From the human T2T-CHM13v2.0 reference genome, Homo sapiens: 64,000 nucleotides of DNA. The notes below the pieces were generated by a model that did not search any database, was not told where the DNA came from, and worked only from the letters and a program-made list of their open reading frames with translations. Where the stretch lies: assembly GCF_009914755.1 (NCBI RefSeq), contig NC_060928.1, one strand, 5' to 3'. Shown here one piece after another: positions 11,951-26,390 of this stretch (positions are counted from its first letter, which is position 1; every line of letters begins with the position of its first letter). A program made the translations under genes and the position numbers.

Positions 11951-13488
11951 CTGCAGATTCCTGGCCACAGCAAAGAGGAAGCTTGGGTTTGCATGTCCAG
12001 GACCTCCACCCTAAGTATTCAGGCACTCTTTTTGACATCATTGCTGTTGTTACTTAGGTGTATCTCCTTGGTTGTGTTTCTCCATTCTGCTATAAAAACT
12101 GAGAAAACACAGGTGAGTAACAGAAAATACAACTTAAACATGGTGGTCAATAATAGTACTGGCTGTTTTTAATTTTGTTATTCATTCACTTATCTATTTA
12201 TTCATATATTGAACAAGATACCCCACCCTTTACTTCATTTATCCAGCATGTGTCCTAAGTGGTGAGTAAATAATCCATTAGCACTTTCAGGCCTATGTGC
12301 CCACCTCCTTTCTCGGAGGAAGCCATGTACAGCCTGTAATAGTACATGTCTTCATTATTTGCTTCCCAATCACTAATTCAGTAATACAGAAAGAAGGTCA
12401 CAGTACAGAATTCCTCTGCTACTACAATATAAGTATTAACATATTTTTAGTAGTTCTTTGTGTTCACTGTGAAAATATTTCAATATCAAAATAAAAGGCA
12501 CAGTTCTGTTGGAACTAATATGCTGATAATTAATGTTTGATAAAATGGTTTTTCTGTAACATTACTGAAATACCAAGTTGAGTCACACAAGCACACATAC
12601 TCAAAAAGGTTTTGAATTATCAAATATTTCCAATAAAGTGCAAGTGAACAAACATCAGCATGCAAAGAGGGAAAAGCATAATTCTCTAAGACAACTGAAA
12701 ATTATGCAAATGTTAAATGCCATTCAGACTTCGTTACATACGAAAAACATTCCTGAAGAGATAAATACCCTTTTCAATCAGTTCATACGTATTCCCACAC
12801 AGGTACACTACCTAAAATGTACTGATCAGTGACCAAAATCAATATAGTTATATAAGTTCTATATATAAGCATGCAAAATTGTTACGCTGTTTTACCAGCA
12901 AGTGACTCTTAGTTGATCTGAAATGGAAATAAATCTACAATCTACTGCCTTATTTTTCTTCACACCGCCTGATTTTGAAGATGCAGAGTAAATTAAAGGT
13001 CACTCAGTGACTCATATCTAAACACCGCATGGTTAATCCTGAACATCTACTTCCTGAGCGATTCAACCAGTTACGCTCTGAGCTCCACAATCAATAAAAT
13101 GTACTGGAGTCTTGAATCCATTGAAGTGCTTTAAAATTCAGCCAGTATAACCCTTCCTGCAAGTGTTCCACTGCTGTTTCCCCAGTGTGTGAGCTCTCCC
13201 AGGAGCTGACACAAAGTAGCTGTTCCACACTTTAAAAAGGGAGCACCAGTTGCCAGACTTGAAATTGCGGTGGGGATTACAACAAATTCCCAAACCACCC
13301 TACAGCAGAAACAAGCAGCTAGACTCATATGTTAGAATAGCAAAATAAGATGGAGGAGACCGAAACTTTTACACCATAGAATCTTTCGTAGCAACTATTA
13401 GGTAACATTGATAAGACTTGAAATTAAGGATATTTGGCTATAATAGCAGCTGGGAAGAAAAGTAAACACTTGTAAGGACAATGAATGG

Positions 13489-13542
13489 CGTGCACGCGCA
13501 CACAAACACAGACACACACACACACACACACATACACACACT
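13489..13542. repeat. (CA)n microsatellite, imperfect
   Basis: GCGTGCACGCGCACACAAACACAGACACACACACACACACACACATACACACAC. Confidence 0.95.
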
Positions 13543-13564
13543 CAGCCTTAAAGACTGACACACT

Positions 13565-14443
13565 GGTCATTTGCCACAACATGAATAGACCTAGAAGACA
13601 TTAGGCTAAGTAAAATAAGCCAGATACAGACAGAAAAATTTTACATGATCTCACATGTGGAATCTAAAAAAAAAAAAATCAAACGTATTGAGCTAGATCA
13701 TAAAACAGTGTTACCAGGGTCAAAGGAAAGAGGAAATGAGGAGATGAAGGTCAAAGGATGCAAAGTAGCAAATATGTAGCAGGAAGAAATCAAAAGATCC
13801 AATGAGTACTGCAGTTAATAATAGTGAATTGTGTTCAGGATTTTTGCTCAATGACTGTTCTTATCACAGTGAGGAGAAAGTGGGTAACTACGTGAGATGA
13901 TAGATATGCAAATTTGTTCCAGTATAGTGACCATTTTAAATATATATGTAAATTTACACATACATATTTACGTATATAATGGTCACCACATATGTAAAGT
14001 TGTGTGTGTACACACACACATATATATTTGTCTTATAAAATAATGCTGTATATCAGCAGTCCTCAATCTCTTTGGCACCAGGAACCAGTCTCCTGGAAGA
14101 CAGTTTTTCCGCGTACCTGGGGTGGGGGCAGGAGTATAGTTTTGGGATGAAACTGTTCCACCTCAGAGCACCAGGCATTAGTTAGCTGCTCAAAAGGAGC
14201 ACACACACAACCTAGATCCCTCAGTTGGGCAGTTCACAATAGGGCTTGTCTCCTGTGAGAATCGAATGCTGCTGCTGATCTGACAGGAGGTGGAGCTCAG
14301 GCAGTAATGCTCACTTGCTGCTCACCTCCTGCTGTGCGGCCCTGTTACTAACAGGCCACGTGTAGCTACTTGTCCACAGCTCGGGGGTTGGGGACCCCTG
14401 TTGTATACCTTAAATATACAGAATAAAATTTACATTAAAAAAG
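13565..14443 (+). mobile_element. L1MA-type (L1MA7/8-like) 3' end, interrupted by MER1
   Basis: CATTTGCCACAACATGAATAGACCTAGAAGACATTAGGCTAAGTAAAATAAGCCAG (ORF2 end), followed by an L1MA 3' UTR ending AATAAAATTTACATTAAAAAA. Confidence 0.8.
14054..14400 (-). mobile_element. MER1B-like hAT-Charlie DNA transposon
   Basis: Reverse complement of the 2214-2538 element. 8-bp TSD CTGTATAT / TTGTATAC. Confidence 0.9.
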
Positions 14444-15539
14444 AGATGATTGATAATTTTAGTAAGTTTTGTAAAAAGATTTAATTAGTACATTATATAC
14501 AGCATGTATTGCCTTGTGGTTTAGTTATTTATGCAATATTGTGTTCAAAGTAGGCTGTAATCCACGTTTTGTTACATGTAACATGCATGTTTTGTTCATT
14601 TTTGTATCCTTACAGATCTTAACGATGCTGTGAACTTGATAAGCATTTAATTGAATCCTCCAAATATAAAATTTTAAGTGGTCATCTTAAACATAGCAAG
14701 ACTTGAATTTAAAGTATTATACCAAATCAAACAGTGGCCAGATGGTGATTTTAAAAATTACAAACTCATATATTTCTTCCATTCTACAGAGACTAATCAG
14801 TCATTGAATATTATGGATGAGTCTTTGAAAAGGCATTTTGCCCTGTCTTCTGCCCCTCAAGTAAGTGTTTAGCTGTATCATTCCAAACACATGAGAATCT
14901 ATTTGGCTCCAGAACTGCAGGGAAATAAGGTACAGTCTTCCTCAGTAAACCCTGCCACTGATAATATTATCATGTATGAAATCATGAATGAATTTATTGA
15001 CTAATTGACAATATGTCAGTTGGAGAATTTAATCTTGAGTGTACCGTTTTCACAATGCAGCAAACTTTGAAGTTACTATCAAAAGCCAGATGTCTTTAAG
15101 GTATGTTAAAAATTCAGTCAAAACTTTAAAAATTTAATAGGAATAATACAAGCCTTGCTCTGTAGATTGTTTGAAGGTTGCTATTGCAACGCTTGAAAAT
15201 CAAATATAATGTAGAAAAATTAAAGTCTGGTTAAGGTCCGTTAATTATAATGCAATGCTTCAGCCAAACAACAGCTTGGCTTTAAATCAATACCCAATTA
15301 AATAGTTCCTGCAGTTCTAGTCATTAATTGCTCTGTAGCTTAAAAAATAACATTCTAACTACTTATAGAAAGATAATCAAAATTGGCATGTGAAACTTCA
15401 ATTTGGTTCTTCTGATTATCTTTCAAGAAGGAAAATTAGCTTTTTCAGTGACCTATGGTCCATACATTTCAAGTCCACTCAAACCTGTTGAAAATGGAAT
15501 AAAATCACAACTAATAAGTGTTTGGTTATAGGATAATAA

Positions 15540-16956
15540 TATGTCTGGAATTGGTGGGTTCTTGGTTTCACTGACTTCAAGAATGAACCCATGGACCCTC
15601 GCAGTGAGTGTTACAGTCCTTAAACGCAGCGTGTCCGGAGTTTGTTCCTTCTGATGTTCACATGTGTTCATAGTTTTTTCCTTCTGGTGGGTTCCTGGTC
15701 TCGCGGACTTACGAGTGACACTGTAGACCTTCGTGGTGAGTGTTACAGCTCCTAAGGCAGCACGTCTGGAGCTGTTCATTCCTCCTAGTGGGTGTGTGGT
15801 CTCACTGGCTTCAGGAATGAAACTGCAGACTTTCGTGACCAGTGTCACAGCTCATAAAAGCAGTGTGGATCCAAAGCCTGAGCAGCAGCAGGATTTATTG
15901 CAAACAGCTAAAGAAGAAAGCTCACATGGCGTCGAAGGCGATCCAAGCAGGTTGTCACTGCTGGCTCCGGCAGCCTGCTTTTATTCTCTTATCTGGCCCC
16001 ACCCACATCCTGCTGATTGGTCCATTTTACAGAAAGCTGATTGGTCCATTTTACAGAGAACTGATTGGTCCATTTTGACAGGGTGCTGATTGGTGCATTT
16101 ACAATCCCTGAGCTAGACACAAAAGTTCTCTAAGTCCCCACTAGATTAGCTAGATACAGTGTGTGGGACATAAAGGTTCTCCAAGTCCCCACCAGAGTAG
16201 CTAGAGAGTGTCGATTGGTGCATTCACAAACCCTGAGCTAGACACAGGGTGCCAATTGGTGTGTTTACAAACCTTGAGCTAGATACAGAGTGCCGATTGG
16301 TGTATTTACAATCCCTTAGCTAGACATAAAGGTTCTCCAAGTCCCCACCAGACTCAGAAGCCCAGCTGGCTTCACCCAGTGGATCCCGCAGGGGGCTGCA
16401 GGTGGAGCTGCCTGCCAGTCCCTTGCCATGTGCCTGCACTCCTCAGCCCTTGGGTGGTCGATGGCACTGGGTGCCCTGGAGCAGGGGGCGGCGCTCCTAG
16501 GGGAGGCTCGGGCTGGCAGGAGCCCACAGCGAGGGGGAGGCTCAGGCATGGCAGGCTGCAGGTCCCGAGCCGTGCCCCTCAGGGAGGCAGCTAAGGCCCG
16601 GCGAGAAGTCGAGCACAGCAGCTGCTGGCCCAGGTGCTAAGCCCCTCACTGCCCCGGGCCAGCGGGGCCGGCTCGCCGCTCCCAGTGCGGGGCCTGTCCA
16701 GCCCACGCCCACCCCTGAACTCGTGCTGGCCCGCAAGCGCCGAGCGCAGCCCCAGTTCCCGCCCACGCTTCTTCCTCCACACCTCCCCGCAAGCTGAGGG
16801 AGCCGGCTCCCGCCTTGGCCAGCCCAGAAAGGGGCTCCCACAGTGCAGCCGCGGACTGAAGGTCTCCTCAAGTGCAGCCAGAGTGGGCGCCAAGGCTGAG
16901 GAGGCTCCCAGAGCCAGCAACGGCTGTGAGGGCTGCCAGCATGCTGTCACCTCTCA
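15540..16956 (-). mobile_element. LTR12C-like (ERV9) solo LTR, copy A
   Basis: Minus strand TGAGAGGTGACAGCATGCTGG...CCAATTCCAGACATA. GC-rich U3, tandem CCAAT-box subrepeats (7 ATTGG at 16016-16300) and U5 repeats. Flanks ATAA / ATAG. Confidence 0.95.
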
Positions 16957-18919
16957 ATAGTACACAAGAAAATGGCATTTCAATCTTCATGAAACTATCA
17001 TCATTGAAAAAAATAATTATTTCTTTAATATGTCCTTAGTTGGGGACATACAGAATTCTTGCTGCCTATACAATATTATTATAGATGGGAAATGTTTTAA
17101 AAGTAACATGTTCTAGCTGTTGCTGGCAAGGGAACATTTATGGTTAAAAACGAAATGCTGCCTTGCTCTGGAATAAGAAATCACTCTTCAGCTCAACTCT
17201 AAGCACAAAGTGACTCATCCTGCCAGAGGTGATTTACAATGACCCTCTTACTGATGCATCATCCAGAATGCTGATTGCGCAGCAGGACAAATACAGAAGC
17301 AGAGGCGAAAAGTGTTAAATTAAGGATGCCTACGTGATAAAGAGAGCTGCAGAACCTATGAGAATCACAGAAATCATCAGGATATCTAAAAAGCAAGGAT
17401 AAGAGAACATAATTGAGATCAACAGCACAAATAGAAACATGCAGGCAGGAAGGCAGCACTGAGTTGCAAATGTGATAACTAGGAATTTAGAATGTTTTTG
17501 AAGTGAAGTCATGTTTCATCCTTACACAGCTTATGGAAAAAAAATGTGGAAACAAGAAAAGAAACTACAGAGCAGAGACAATGCATATGAAAGAGGAGAA
17601 GCACCCCAGAAGAGGACCCCTTTCCTTTTCTGTCCTTCACATATACAAGTCTTAGTGTAGAGGGCTTAGAAGTATGTGTTGTGCAGTGTTTGTAAAACTT
17701 TTATTTATAGAAGGTTTGAAATTATCCATTATGAGTCAGATGTGCAAATATGCAGTTTTCCGTATTTCTCCCTACTGCATTCAACTTATTCTCTGAGCCT
17801 TCTTTTAAAAATGTAATGCAGCCTTCTCCAGGTAACTCAGCCACATCTGATTGGAAAAGATCTCAAGGTAATTATTTTGTTAATAGAGATACAAAACTCC
17901 GACAAGTCCTTTTTCAAACTCTGTAGCAACAATACATACACATATTTCTTATATGCTTGCCTCTTGCCTTACTCCTCCATGAGAAAGCTTTTGAGAGTAA
18001 AAAATTGCTAGCAGAGTATCACAACAGAGGTCGCGCGGGAATGTATTTTACAAGGGCTCTTCTCAGGTTCCAATGGACTGTTATTACTCTTCCCATGAGT
18101 CTTTTTGTGGCCACCTTGGTTCTTTCTGTATCTACATCTAACGTAAAGTGGTCCCATCTTGCCTTTGCACACCTACAAGCATCCTTGCTGGCACCCAAAA
18201 CCCGTAGCATAGCCTTGATATCTACACGTTGTATTTGCTCATCTCAACCCTAGGTCTCCTATGATTTACCAACCTTCTTTGCAAATCCACATGTTCCATT
18301 AAGGCATGAAGCAATTTCTTGATTTTCTTTACACCAGGTCTTTCATAACTCTGAGATGTAGTGGAAGACACTATCTCAAGCCCTCTTTCTGCCTGAAAAA
18401 TCCAAAACCTTTGGATAAAACATTTTGGGCATCCCATTTGGAGAGCATAATGAAGCTTTGCCTCCCGGAAGGGAACAGAGAACATGCCTCTTCTCCCTGA
18501 AATTACCGAAGATGTGGGAGTGAGCTTCTCACTGAAGCCTCAAAGTGTTTCTTTCTTTCTTGTTCCAATGCTTTCCTCTAGCTGAGGAAAGCTTTTATCT
18601 AATCCCTGTTTGGCAGGAAATTGTCCCGAAGCTATCCTTCCTATTTTATAGTTTATAGTAAAAATGTCATGTTCAATTCTCTATACTTTTGTTCTTGATG
18701 TTTAAAGGGAAAAATCTGGAATTTAGAAAACTGTTTTCAAGTGTTTGTCGTTTGCTACTGAAAGCCCATATTTTAGTAATATAATCTCAGAAATGGACTT
18801 CAAGAGCCTATTTTAAAGGGTGAGGGGTTGACTTTGACTCTTTTGTTCTCTTTGCATTTCAGCTATAACAATCCTAATATGGTAATGTGCTGCTTGGAAA
18901 TAATCTGCAACTGATGTAG

Positions 18920-19100
18920 ACATCTTGCTAAGTAGTTGTATGTATTATTCATTTTATACTCACAACATTGAACAAATGAGGATACTGAGGTACAGAGAGA
19001 TTAATTAGCTCATGCAGGACCACACAGTTAGTGATGAAACCAGGCAATGAAGCCAGGCAGCTTGCATCCAGAGCCTACACTCTGCTATGCTACACCACTT
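18920..19100 (-). mobile_element. MIR SINE relic
   Basis: ACAAATGAGGATACTGAGGTACAGAGAGATTAATTAGCTCATGCAGGACCACACAGTTAGT is the MIR core. Confidence 0.8.
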
Positions 19101-20137
19101 AGGGCAATCTGCGCTGATCCAGAAGGGGAGGAGTCACATATAAAGAAGCGAAAAACAGAAATTCCATTTGAAAATATCTAATTATGTATGTGTATATATA
19201 TTTATTAGTGCCTAATTTAATGTGTAGTAATATATACAGTTCCAATTCTGATCACAATCTCAATCTTTCACAACAAATCTTTTAGTCATACTTGGAAAAT
19301 TCTGGATTAAAGACCTTTCTGATACCATCATCTATTATTTCTGGGTGTGGGGAACTTAGCTACGAGAGTGCACAGAAATGCACAAAACTAGGGAGGCACA
19401 TTCTCTTCCATAATGCTGTGTCCACCCAGTATATTTCTCTCTCGGTGTATTCCATCTTTCACTGGAGCTAATAGTCATAGAAGTTAAGCTTTTCTCCTAT
19501 GCCTAAAATTGTGTTTTTATTTTCATGTGGATGGTTTCTCTTTGTAATTATGTGAACAACTCATAAGCATGCTTAATGAATCACATCTTGATTCCTTGCA
19601 ACTCATTGGAGAAATATGTTATCATACTTCAAACATAATCAGGAAATGTCATACCTATTAATGGGTTCATTGTGACAAGTCATGAAAATATTACAATGTG
19701 TAACTTGGAATCCAGTAAACAATATTAGAAGAGATTTTCTAAAGTATAATTACAATTTTTTCTCTATATGTGCCGAAAAAAGCGTTGTCAGGAGAAAGAA
19801 AGTGTACTGGCTTATCACGTGATTCTTATCTTGATTTAAGTCATGTTATTACTTATACACCATCCATTAATTCCGAAGAAGACCTAGTGTACTTTAATAT
19901 ATCAAACTATGAAATACAAATTTATATTTCTTTCTTGATTTATATTCTTATTTTGATTTAAGATATATTTTATCATGCAACTTTTTTGCATTTTATATCA
20001 TGTATGAAATCAATGAAAGTATTCTACATATATGATATCAAAAATAAATAATACTAAATTATATTACATATGAGTCAGTGTGGAAACAAAGATAAAAGCA
20101 AAACTAGTTTGGTTTCTGAAGTACTGCCCTTCCATCA

Positions 20138-21222
20138 TGTATCATTGTTTAGTTAAGGTAACAGAAACTTCAACTGGTGTTTCAATTGGAGGAAATTTAA
20201 TACACGGTATAGTTACAAAAGGGTCAGAAAGCCTAGAATAGCCAAAAGAGAAAAGTAAACTTCCTTGATTGGTATCTGCAGGAAGCAACCACCATCCTAG
20301 GCTAGAGGAGCAGAAGGGTTATAGTGTCACCTATAGCCACGGTCCCTGCCCACCTGGAGCTGCTGGAGTCCCACTGCTGCTACTCCTATTTGGAACCACT
20401 GCTGAAGCTGCCTTGCAGAAAACTCTTGCAGGAACTTGCAGGAACTCCCATGTTCCTGATAGTGTGGGAAACTTGGGGCCCAAAGCTACCTGCAGATGTC
20501 ACAGAACATGGATAGCTGGGACAGCTGGGACAGATAGAGGCAGGACACTGTGCTGCCAGGACTGCTGCTACTGCTGCTTTGCTATGACCCACAAAACCTG
20601 TGCTGCTGCTGGAAACATGCTGCAGGAACCAAGTGCTCCACATCACTTTTTGTGACTGCTGCTAAAGGAGTCACAGTATTAGCACCCCCACCCCCCACCA
20701 CCAAAAATTTTAAAAGGGTGTGAGTGATATGGTTTGGCTGTGTCCCTACCCAAATCTCATATTGAATTGTAGTTCCCATAATTTCCATGTGTTGTGGGAG
20801 GGACCCGGTTGGAGATAATTGAATCATGAGGGCAGTTTCCCCCGTTCTGTTCTCCTGGTAGTGAATAAGTCTCACGAGATCTGATGATTTTATAAGGGGT
20901 TTCCCCTTTCACTTGGCTCTCATTCTTTCCTGCCTACCACCATGTAAGATGTCCCTTGCTCTTCCCGCCATGATTGTGAGGTCTCTCCAGCCACGTGGAA
21001 CTGTGAGTCCATTTAACCTCTTTTTCTTTATAAATTACCCAGTCTTGGGTATGTCTTTATCAGCAGCATAAAAAACGGATGAATGCAAAGGGATTTTAGC
21101 TTTTTCCTTCTTCCTTCCAATGACTTGCCAATGCCTCTCACTGTGAGAGTCTAACAGAAGCTAGCTGGCAAAGACATTTCTAGGCAAAACGGTTTTCAGA
21201 TGTCCAGCCCTCTGTTACACAC
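20138..21222 (-). mobile_element. Old ERV-L LTR (LTR33/LTR41-like), interrupted by THE1
   Basis: Ends AACAGAAACTTCAACTGGTGTTTCAATTGGAGGAAATTTAATAC and CTAACAGAAGCTAGCTGGCAAAG, with a CTG-rich body. Boundaries approximate. Confidence 0.55.
20725..21087 (+). mobile_element. THE1B/C MaLR solo LTR
   Basis: TGATATGGTTTGGCTGTGTCCCTACCCAAATCTCAT...GTATGTCTTTATCAGCAGCATAAAAAACGGATGAATGCA. Confidence 0.93.
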
Positions 21223-21286
21223 TGTAAGGTACAGAAGATCAGAAGTGGCCCTCACAAGACCCTGTCTCACTTCCTAAGTCAGCTAA

Positions 21287-21630
<344 letters not shown>

Positions 21631-21894
21631 CCAGAGATTTTTTTAAATGCTGTTTTCTGTTCTTCTTTCTCTTCTGCTCATTTTGAAACTAGAAAATATA
21701 TTTCTGTTCTTTTAGTAATTAACTGTAAAATTTGAACAGACATTCTTATATAAATATTTTCCGGCAATGCCAAAATTTGTTTAATATCCCTATCCTCCCT
21801 GAATAAGGAGCAAAACATTCTCACTCTTCAGTGTACTCTCTCCTCCTCCTTCCTCATTACTGCTGTCTTGAACTTCAGTTCCACATTTTTAAAC

Positions 21895-22664
21895 TATCTT
21901 TTTACCATGGTAAAATATACGTGAAATAAAATTTGCCATTTTAGCAATTTTTAGATGCACAATTCAGTGATGTTATTGTATTCACAATGCTGTGCAATCA
22001 TTACTTCTATCTATTTTCAAAACTTATTTATCACTCCAAGGAGAAACTTTACCCATTAAGAAATAACTCCCCATTATACCTATCCCCAGCCCCTGGTCAC
22101 TTCTTATCTATTTTCTCTATGAATTTGACCATTTTAGATATTTCATACATGGAATCATAGAATATTTGTCCTTTTGTGTCTGGCTTATTTTGCTTAGAAA
22201 AATGTTATCAAAGTTTATCTATGTTGTAGCCTGTAGAACTTCATTGCTCTTTATGGCTAATTACATTTTATTCCACATACATGCCACATTTGATTTATCC
22301 ATTCATCTGTGGATGGACATTTGGGTTGCTTGTGCCTTTGGGCTATTGTGAAGTGCTGCAATGAACACTGGTATTCATGGAGGTATAAAATAGTTCACAT
22401 TTTGGTTTTGATTTGCATTTTTCTAGTAACTAATGATGTTGGGCATCTTTCATGGGATTATTGGACATTTATTTATCTTCTTTGGAGAAATGTCTATTCA
22501 ACCCTGCCTGTTTTTAATTGGATTGTTTGCCTTTTTGTTGTAGAGTTGTAGGATTCTGGAATTTAAACACATATCAGATATATGATTTCTGTATTCTGGA
22601 ATTTAGACACATCAGATATATGGTTTGCAAACACTTTCTTCTATTTTGTAGGTTATCTTTTCCC
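21895..22664 (-). mobile_element. L1MB-type 3' end
   Basis: GGTAAAATATACGTGAAATAAAATTTGCCATTTTAGCAATTTTTAG...ATGGAATCATAGAATATTTGTCCTTTTGTGTCTGGCTT. Contains a roughly 40-bp tandem duplication at 22553-22625. Confidence 0.85.
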
Positions 22665-23133
22665 TTTTTTTAACTTTTATTTTAGGTTTAGGGGTACATG
22701 TACAGTTTGTTATATGGGTAAACGGGATGTCACAGGGGTTTGGTGTACAGATTATTTCATCACCCAGCTAATAAGCATTGTACTGGATAAGCAGTTTTTG
22801 ATCTTCACCCTCGTCCCACCCTCAACCCTCAAGTAGGCCCCAGTGTCTGTTTTTCCCTTCTTTGTGTCCATATGTACTCAATGTTGAGTGCCCACTTATA
22901 AGTGAGAACATGTGGTATTTGGTTTTGTGCTCTTGTGTTCGTTTGCTTTGAATAATGGCCTCCAGCTCCATCCATGTTGCTGCAAAGGAAATGATCTCAT
23001 TCTTTTTGCATAGTATCCTATGGGTATATGTACAACATTTTCTTGTCCAGTCTACTATTGATGGGAATTTAGGTTGAGTCCATGTCTTTGTTATTGTGGA
23101 TAGTGTTATGATGAGCATGTGCATGAACGTGAA

Positions 23134-23440
23134 TTTTTTGTTGTTGTTTTTTTGAGACGAAGTCTCGCTCTGTCACCCAGGCTGGAGTGCAGTGGCCTGA
23201 TCACTGCAACCTCTGCCTCCCACATTCAAGCACTTATCCTGCCTCAGCCTCCCGAGAGTAGCTGGGACTACAGGCGCACGCTGCCATGCCCAGTTAATTT
23301 TTTTTTTTTTTTTGTATTTTAGTAGTGACAGGGTTTCACCATATTGCCCAGGCTGGTCTCGAACTCCTAAGCTCAGGCAATCCGCCCACGTTGGCCCCCT
23401 AAAGTGCTGAGATTACAAGCCTGAGCCACTGCCCCCAGCC
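23134..23440 (-). mobile_element. Alu (older S-type)
   Basis: Full dimer. TSD ATGAACGTGAATTT / ATGCATGTGAATTT. Confidence 0.93.
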
Positions 23441-23462
23441 CATGCATGTGAATTTATCGTAG

Positions 23463-23826
<364 letters not shown>

Positions 23827-24648
23827 TTGATTTGCATTTCTATAATGATTAGTGATGTTGAGCATTTTTTCACATACTTATTAGCTGTGTGTATGTCTTC
23901 TTTTGAAAAATGTCTGTTCGTGTTTTTGTCCATTTTTTAATGTGGTTGGTTGTTTTTCGCTTGTAAATCTGTTTAAGTTCCTTATAGATTTTGGATAGTT
24001 AGACCTTAGTCAGATGCATAGTTTGCAAATTTTTTTTCTCATTCTGTGGATTGTATTTTTATTCTATTGATAGTTTCTTTTGCTATGCAGAAGCTCTTTA
24101 GTTTAATTAGGTCCCTTTTTTTTATTTTTATTTTTGTTGCAAGTACTTTTGGCATCTTTATCATGAAATCCTTGCTAGGTCCTCTGTCCAGAATGACCAG
24201 AGTGATATTTTTTAGGTGACCTTCAAGGGTTTTTATGCTTTTGAGTTTTACATTTAAGTCTTTAATCCATCATGAGTTGATTTTTGTATATGGTGTGAGG
24301 AAGTGGTCCAGTTTCAATCTTCTGCATATGGCTAGCCAGTTATGCCAGCACCATCTACTGAATAGGAAGTCCTTTCCCCATTGCTTGCTTTTGTCAGCTT
24401 TGTGAAAGATCAGATGGTTGTAGGTGTGCAGCATTATTTCTAGGCTCTCTATTCTGTTCCATTGCTGTGATATATTCTGAGTGAATTATTCAAAACAAGT
24501 ATCAAACATCACTAATTATCTCTATGACTCTGTCCAGTCTAGAACTCTCATCTAGTAGATTTTTTAATTTCAATGACTACTTCTTCATTCCCAGTATTTC
24601 TCTTTGTAGCTCATATCTGTCTATTAATACATTGGTTGTTTCTTTTTA

Positions 24649-25080
<432 letters not shown>

Positions 25081-25119
25081 TTATTTCTTCATGAGTATAA
25101 AAAGCATTTTGTGACTACT

Positions 25120-25290
25120 TATATTAGTTTGTAAGGTCTCCCATAATAAAATGTCACAAACTAGATAGCTGAAACAACAGAAACTTATTTTCTTAAACTT
25201 TGGAAGCTAGAAGTCCAAAACCAAAGTGTTGGCAAGTTTAGTTTCTTCTGAGGCTGATGACTCTCTTCTCGGCTTTTCTCCTGTGTCACC
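25120..25290 (-). mobile_element. MLT1 (MaLR) LTR 3' fragment
   Basis: AAACAACAGAAACTTATTTTCTTAAACTTTGGAAGCTAGAAGTCCAAAACCAAAGTGTTGGCA. Confidence 0.7.
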
Positions 25291-25708
25291 CTGGGAACAC
25301 AGTTATAGCAGTTATTTAGCAGGGCTCTCTTTGACCCTTTCCATGGTATCTCTGGTAAGGTGGCTGCTTCATTTGGTATTAGATCCTACCCATAATGCTT
25401 CCCTAATTACCAGCTCTACTAGTTTTGACAATGTCCTGAAACACAAATTTCTGAGCAGTCTGATCTTATTAAATTTGGTGTCTTATGCAGGATTATTTTG
25501 GAGCCTGTCTTTGAGTTTTTTCAAAAACCCTAGCAGAGCTCTTCTTAGGTGTCCCTTTTCCTGGTTTTCTTTGTTGAACTAGCTGGCCTATGGTTTATAG
25601 TGTTGCTTCAATTAAGAGGAGCTACTATTTATCGGGATGCCCTCATCCTTAAACTTCCCCATATTCTGTTTCAAATAAAATCAGTTATTTGGGGAGAGCA
25701 CCAGAGCT

Positions 25709-25752
<44 letters not shown>

Positions 25753-26390
25753 TCACTGCCTCTCCCTGCGGAAAAACTTTCTGAGCCACTCTTCTGGGCA
25801 CAGCATACCACAGTAGCCTCTACTCTTCTCGGTTTGCCTCTTATTATGGAACCTCTTTCCTATGAGCAAGGTGAAATTAGAGCAATCTTGGTTCAACTAT
25901 TCCCAGCTTTCCCTGTGTGGGATACAGTTGCCATTCTACAAATAGGAGTGGGATGAAAGCAGGTAGTCCCTAACTCCCAGCCATATTCACCAGGAATTTC
26001 ACTTCATCATGTAGTTGGAGGAAATGAGAAGTACAGGAAGCTTTCTCTCATGGTGCAATAAGATGAGATTTTATTGAGAGCTGAGGGAAGAAGCAGCTTT
26101 ATCTATTGGCCTCATGCATCCTAAATGAAAATTCTGTCAAACTGAGCTGGAGTGGGCAAGAGAGGCGAAACGATTGTGATTCAAATGCCACATATTCATA
26201 TCTTATTATATTGTAGTATATTTTTTTGAATAAATGTTTCCTCCTTTGCTATATACTTGTAGAACTATTCCCAGAGATTTTAGGTGGTTGATTGTTTTCT
26301 TTTCCTCTTTTCAATAGTTTTCATCAGCTTTTCATGTTTCACTGGGGAGTGCATCCTGAGAGGTTGTCACACTATCATCTTGGAAGTGAA
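25290..26390 (-). mobile_element. Old L1 (L1MD/L1MC-type) 5'-end fragment
   Basis: Minus strand starts CACTTCCAAGATGATAGTGTGACAACC and shares motifs with 1590-2830. Confidence 0.6.
25712..25751. repeat. Pure poly(T), 40 nt
   Basis: Uninterrupted T run with no adjoining SINE or LINE 3' end. Confidence 0.95.

Noticed and set aside
14570-14591. Overlapping palindromes TGTTACATGTAACA and AACATGCATGTT, p53-like
   Set aside because: Poor fit to two RRRCWWGYYY half sites, and such palindromes can arise by chance in AT-rich DNA.
16016-16340. Regularly spaced short repeats that superficially resemble a CRISPR array
   Set aside because: These are LTR12 U3 CCAAT subrepeats with no unique spacers, in eukaryotic DNA with no cas genes.
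15453-16960. Cluster of 70-131 aa ORFs on both strands, and a similar cluster at 51610-52762
   Set aside because: They lie in GC-rich LTR12 sequence, where stop codons are scarce. The same pseudo-peptides appear in both LTR copies, so they are not genes.
20269-20655. 128-aa Cys/Ala-rich ORF
   Set aside because: It lies in the CTG-rich body of an old ERV-L LTR, starts at a non-ATG codon and has no recognisable domain.
20714-21092. AAGGG on both sides of THE1 with 6 extra bases (TGTGAG) before the LTR start
   Set aside because: A 5-mer match offset by 6 nt is too weak to call an aberrant integration.
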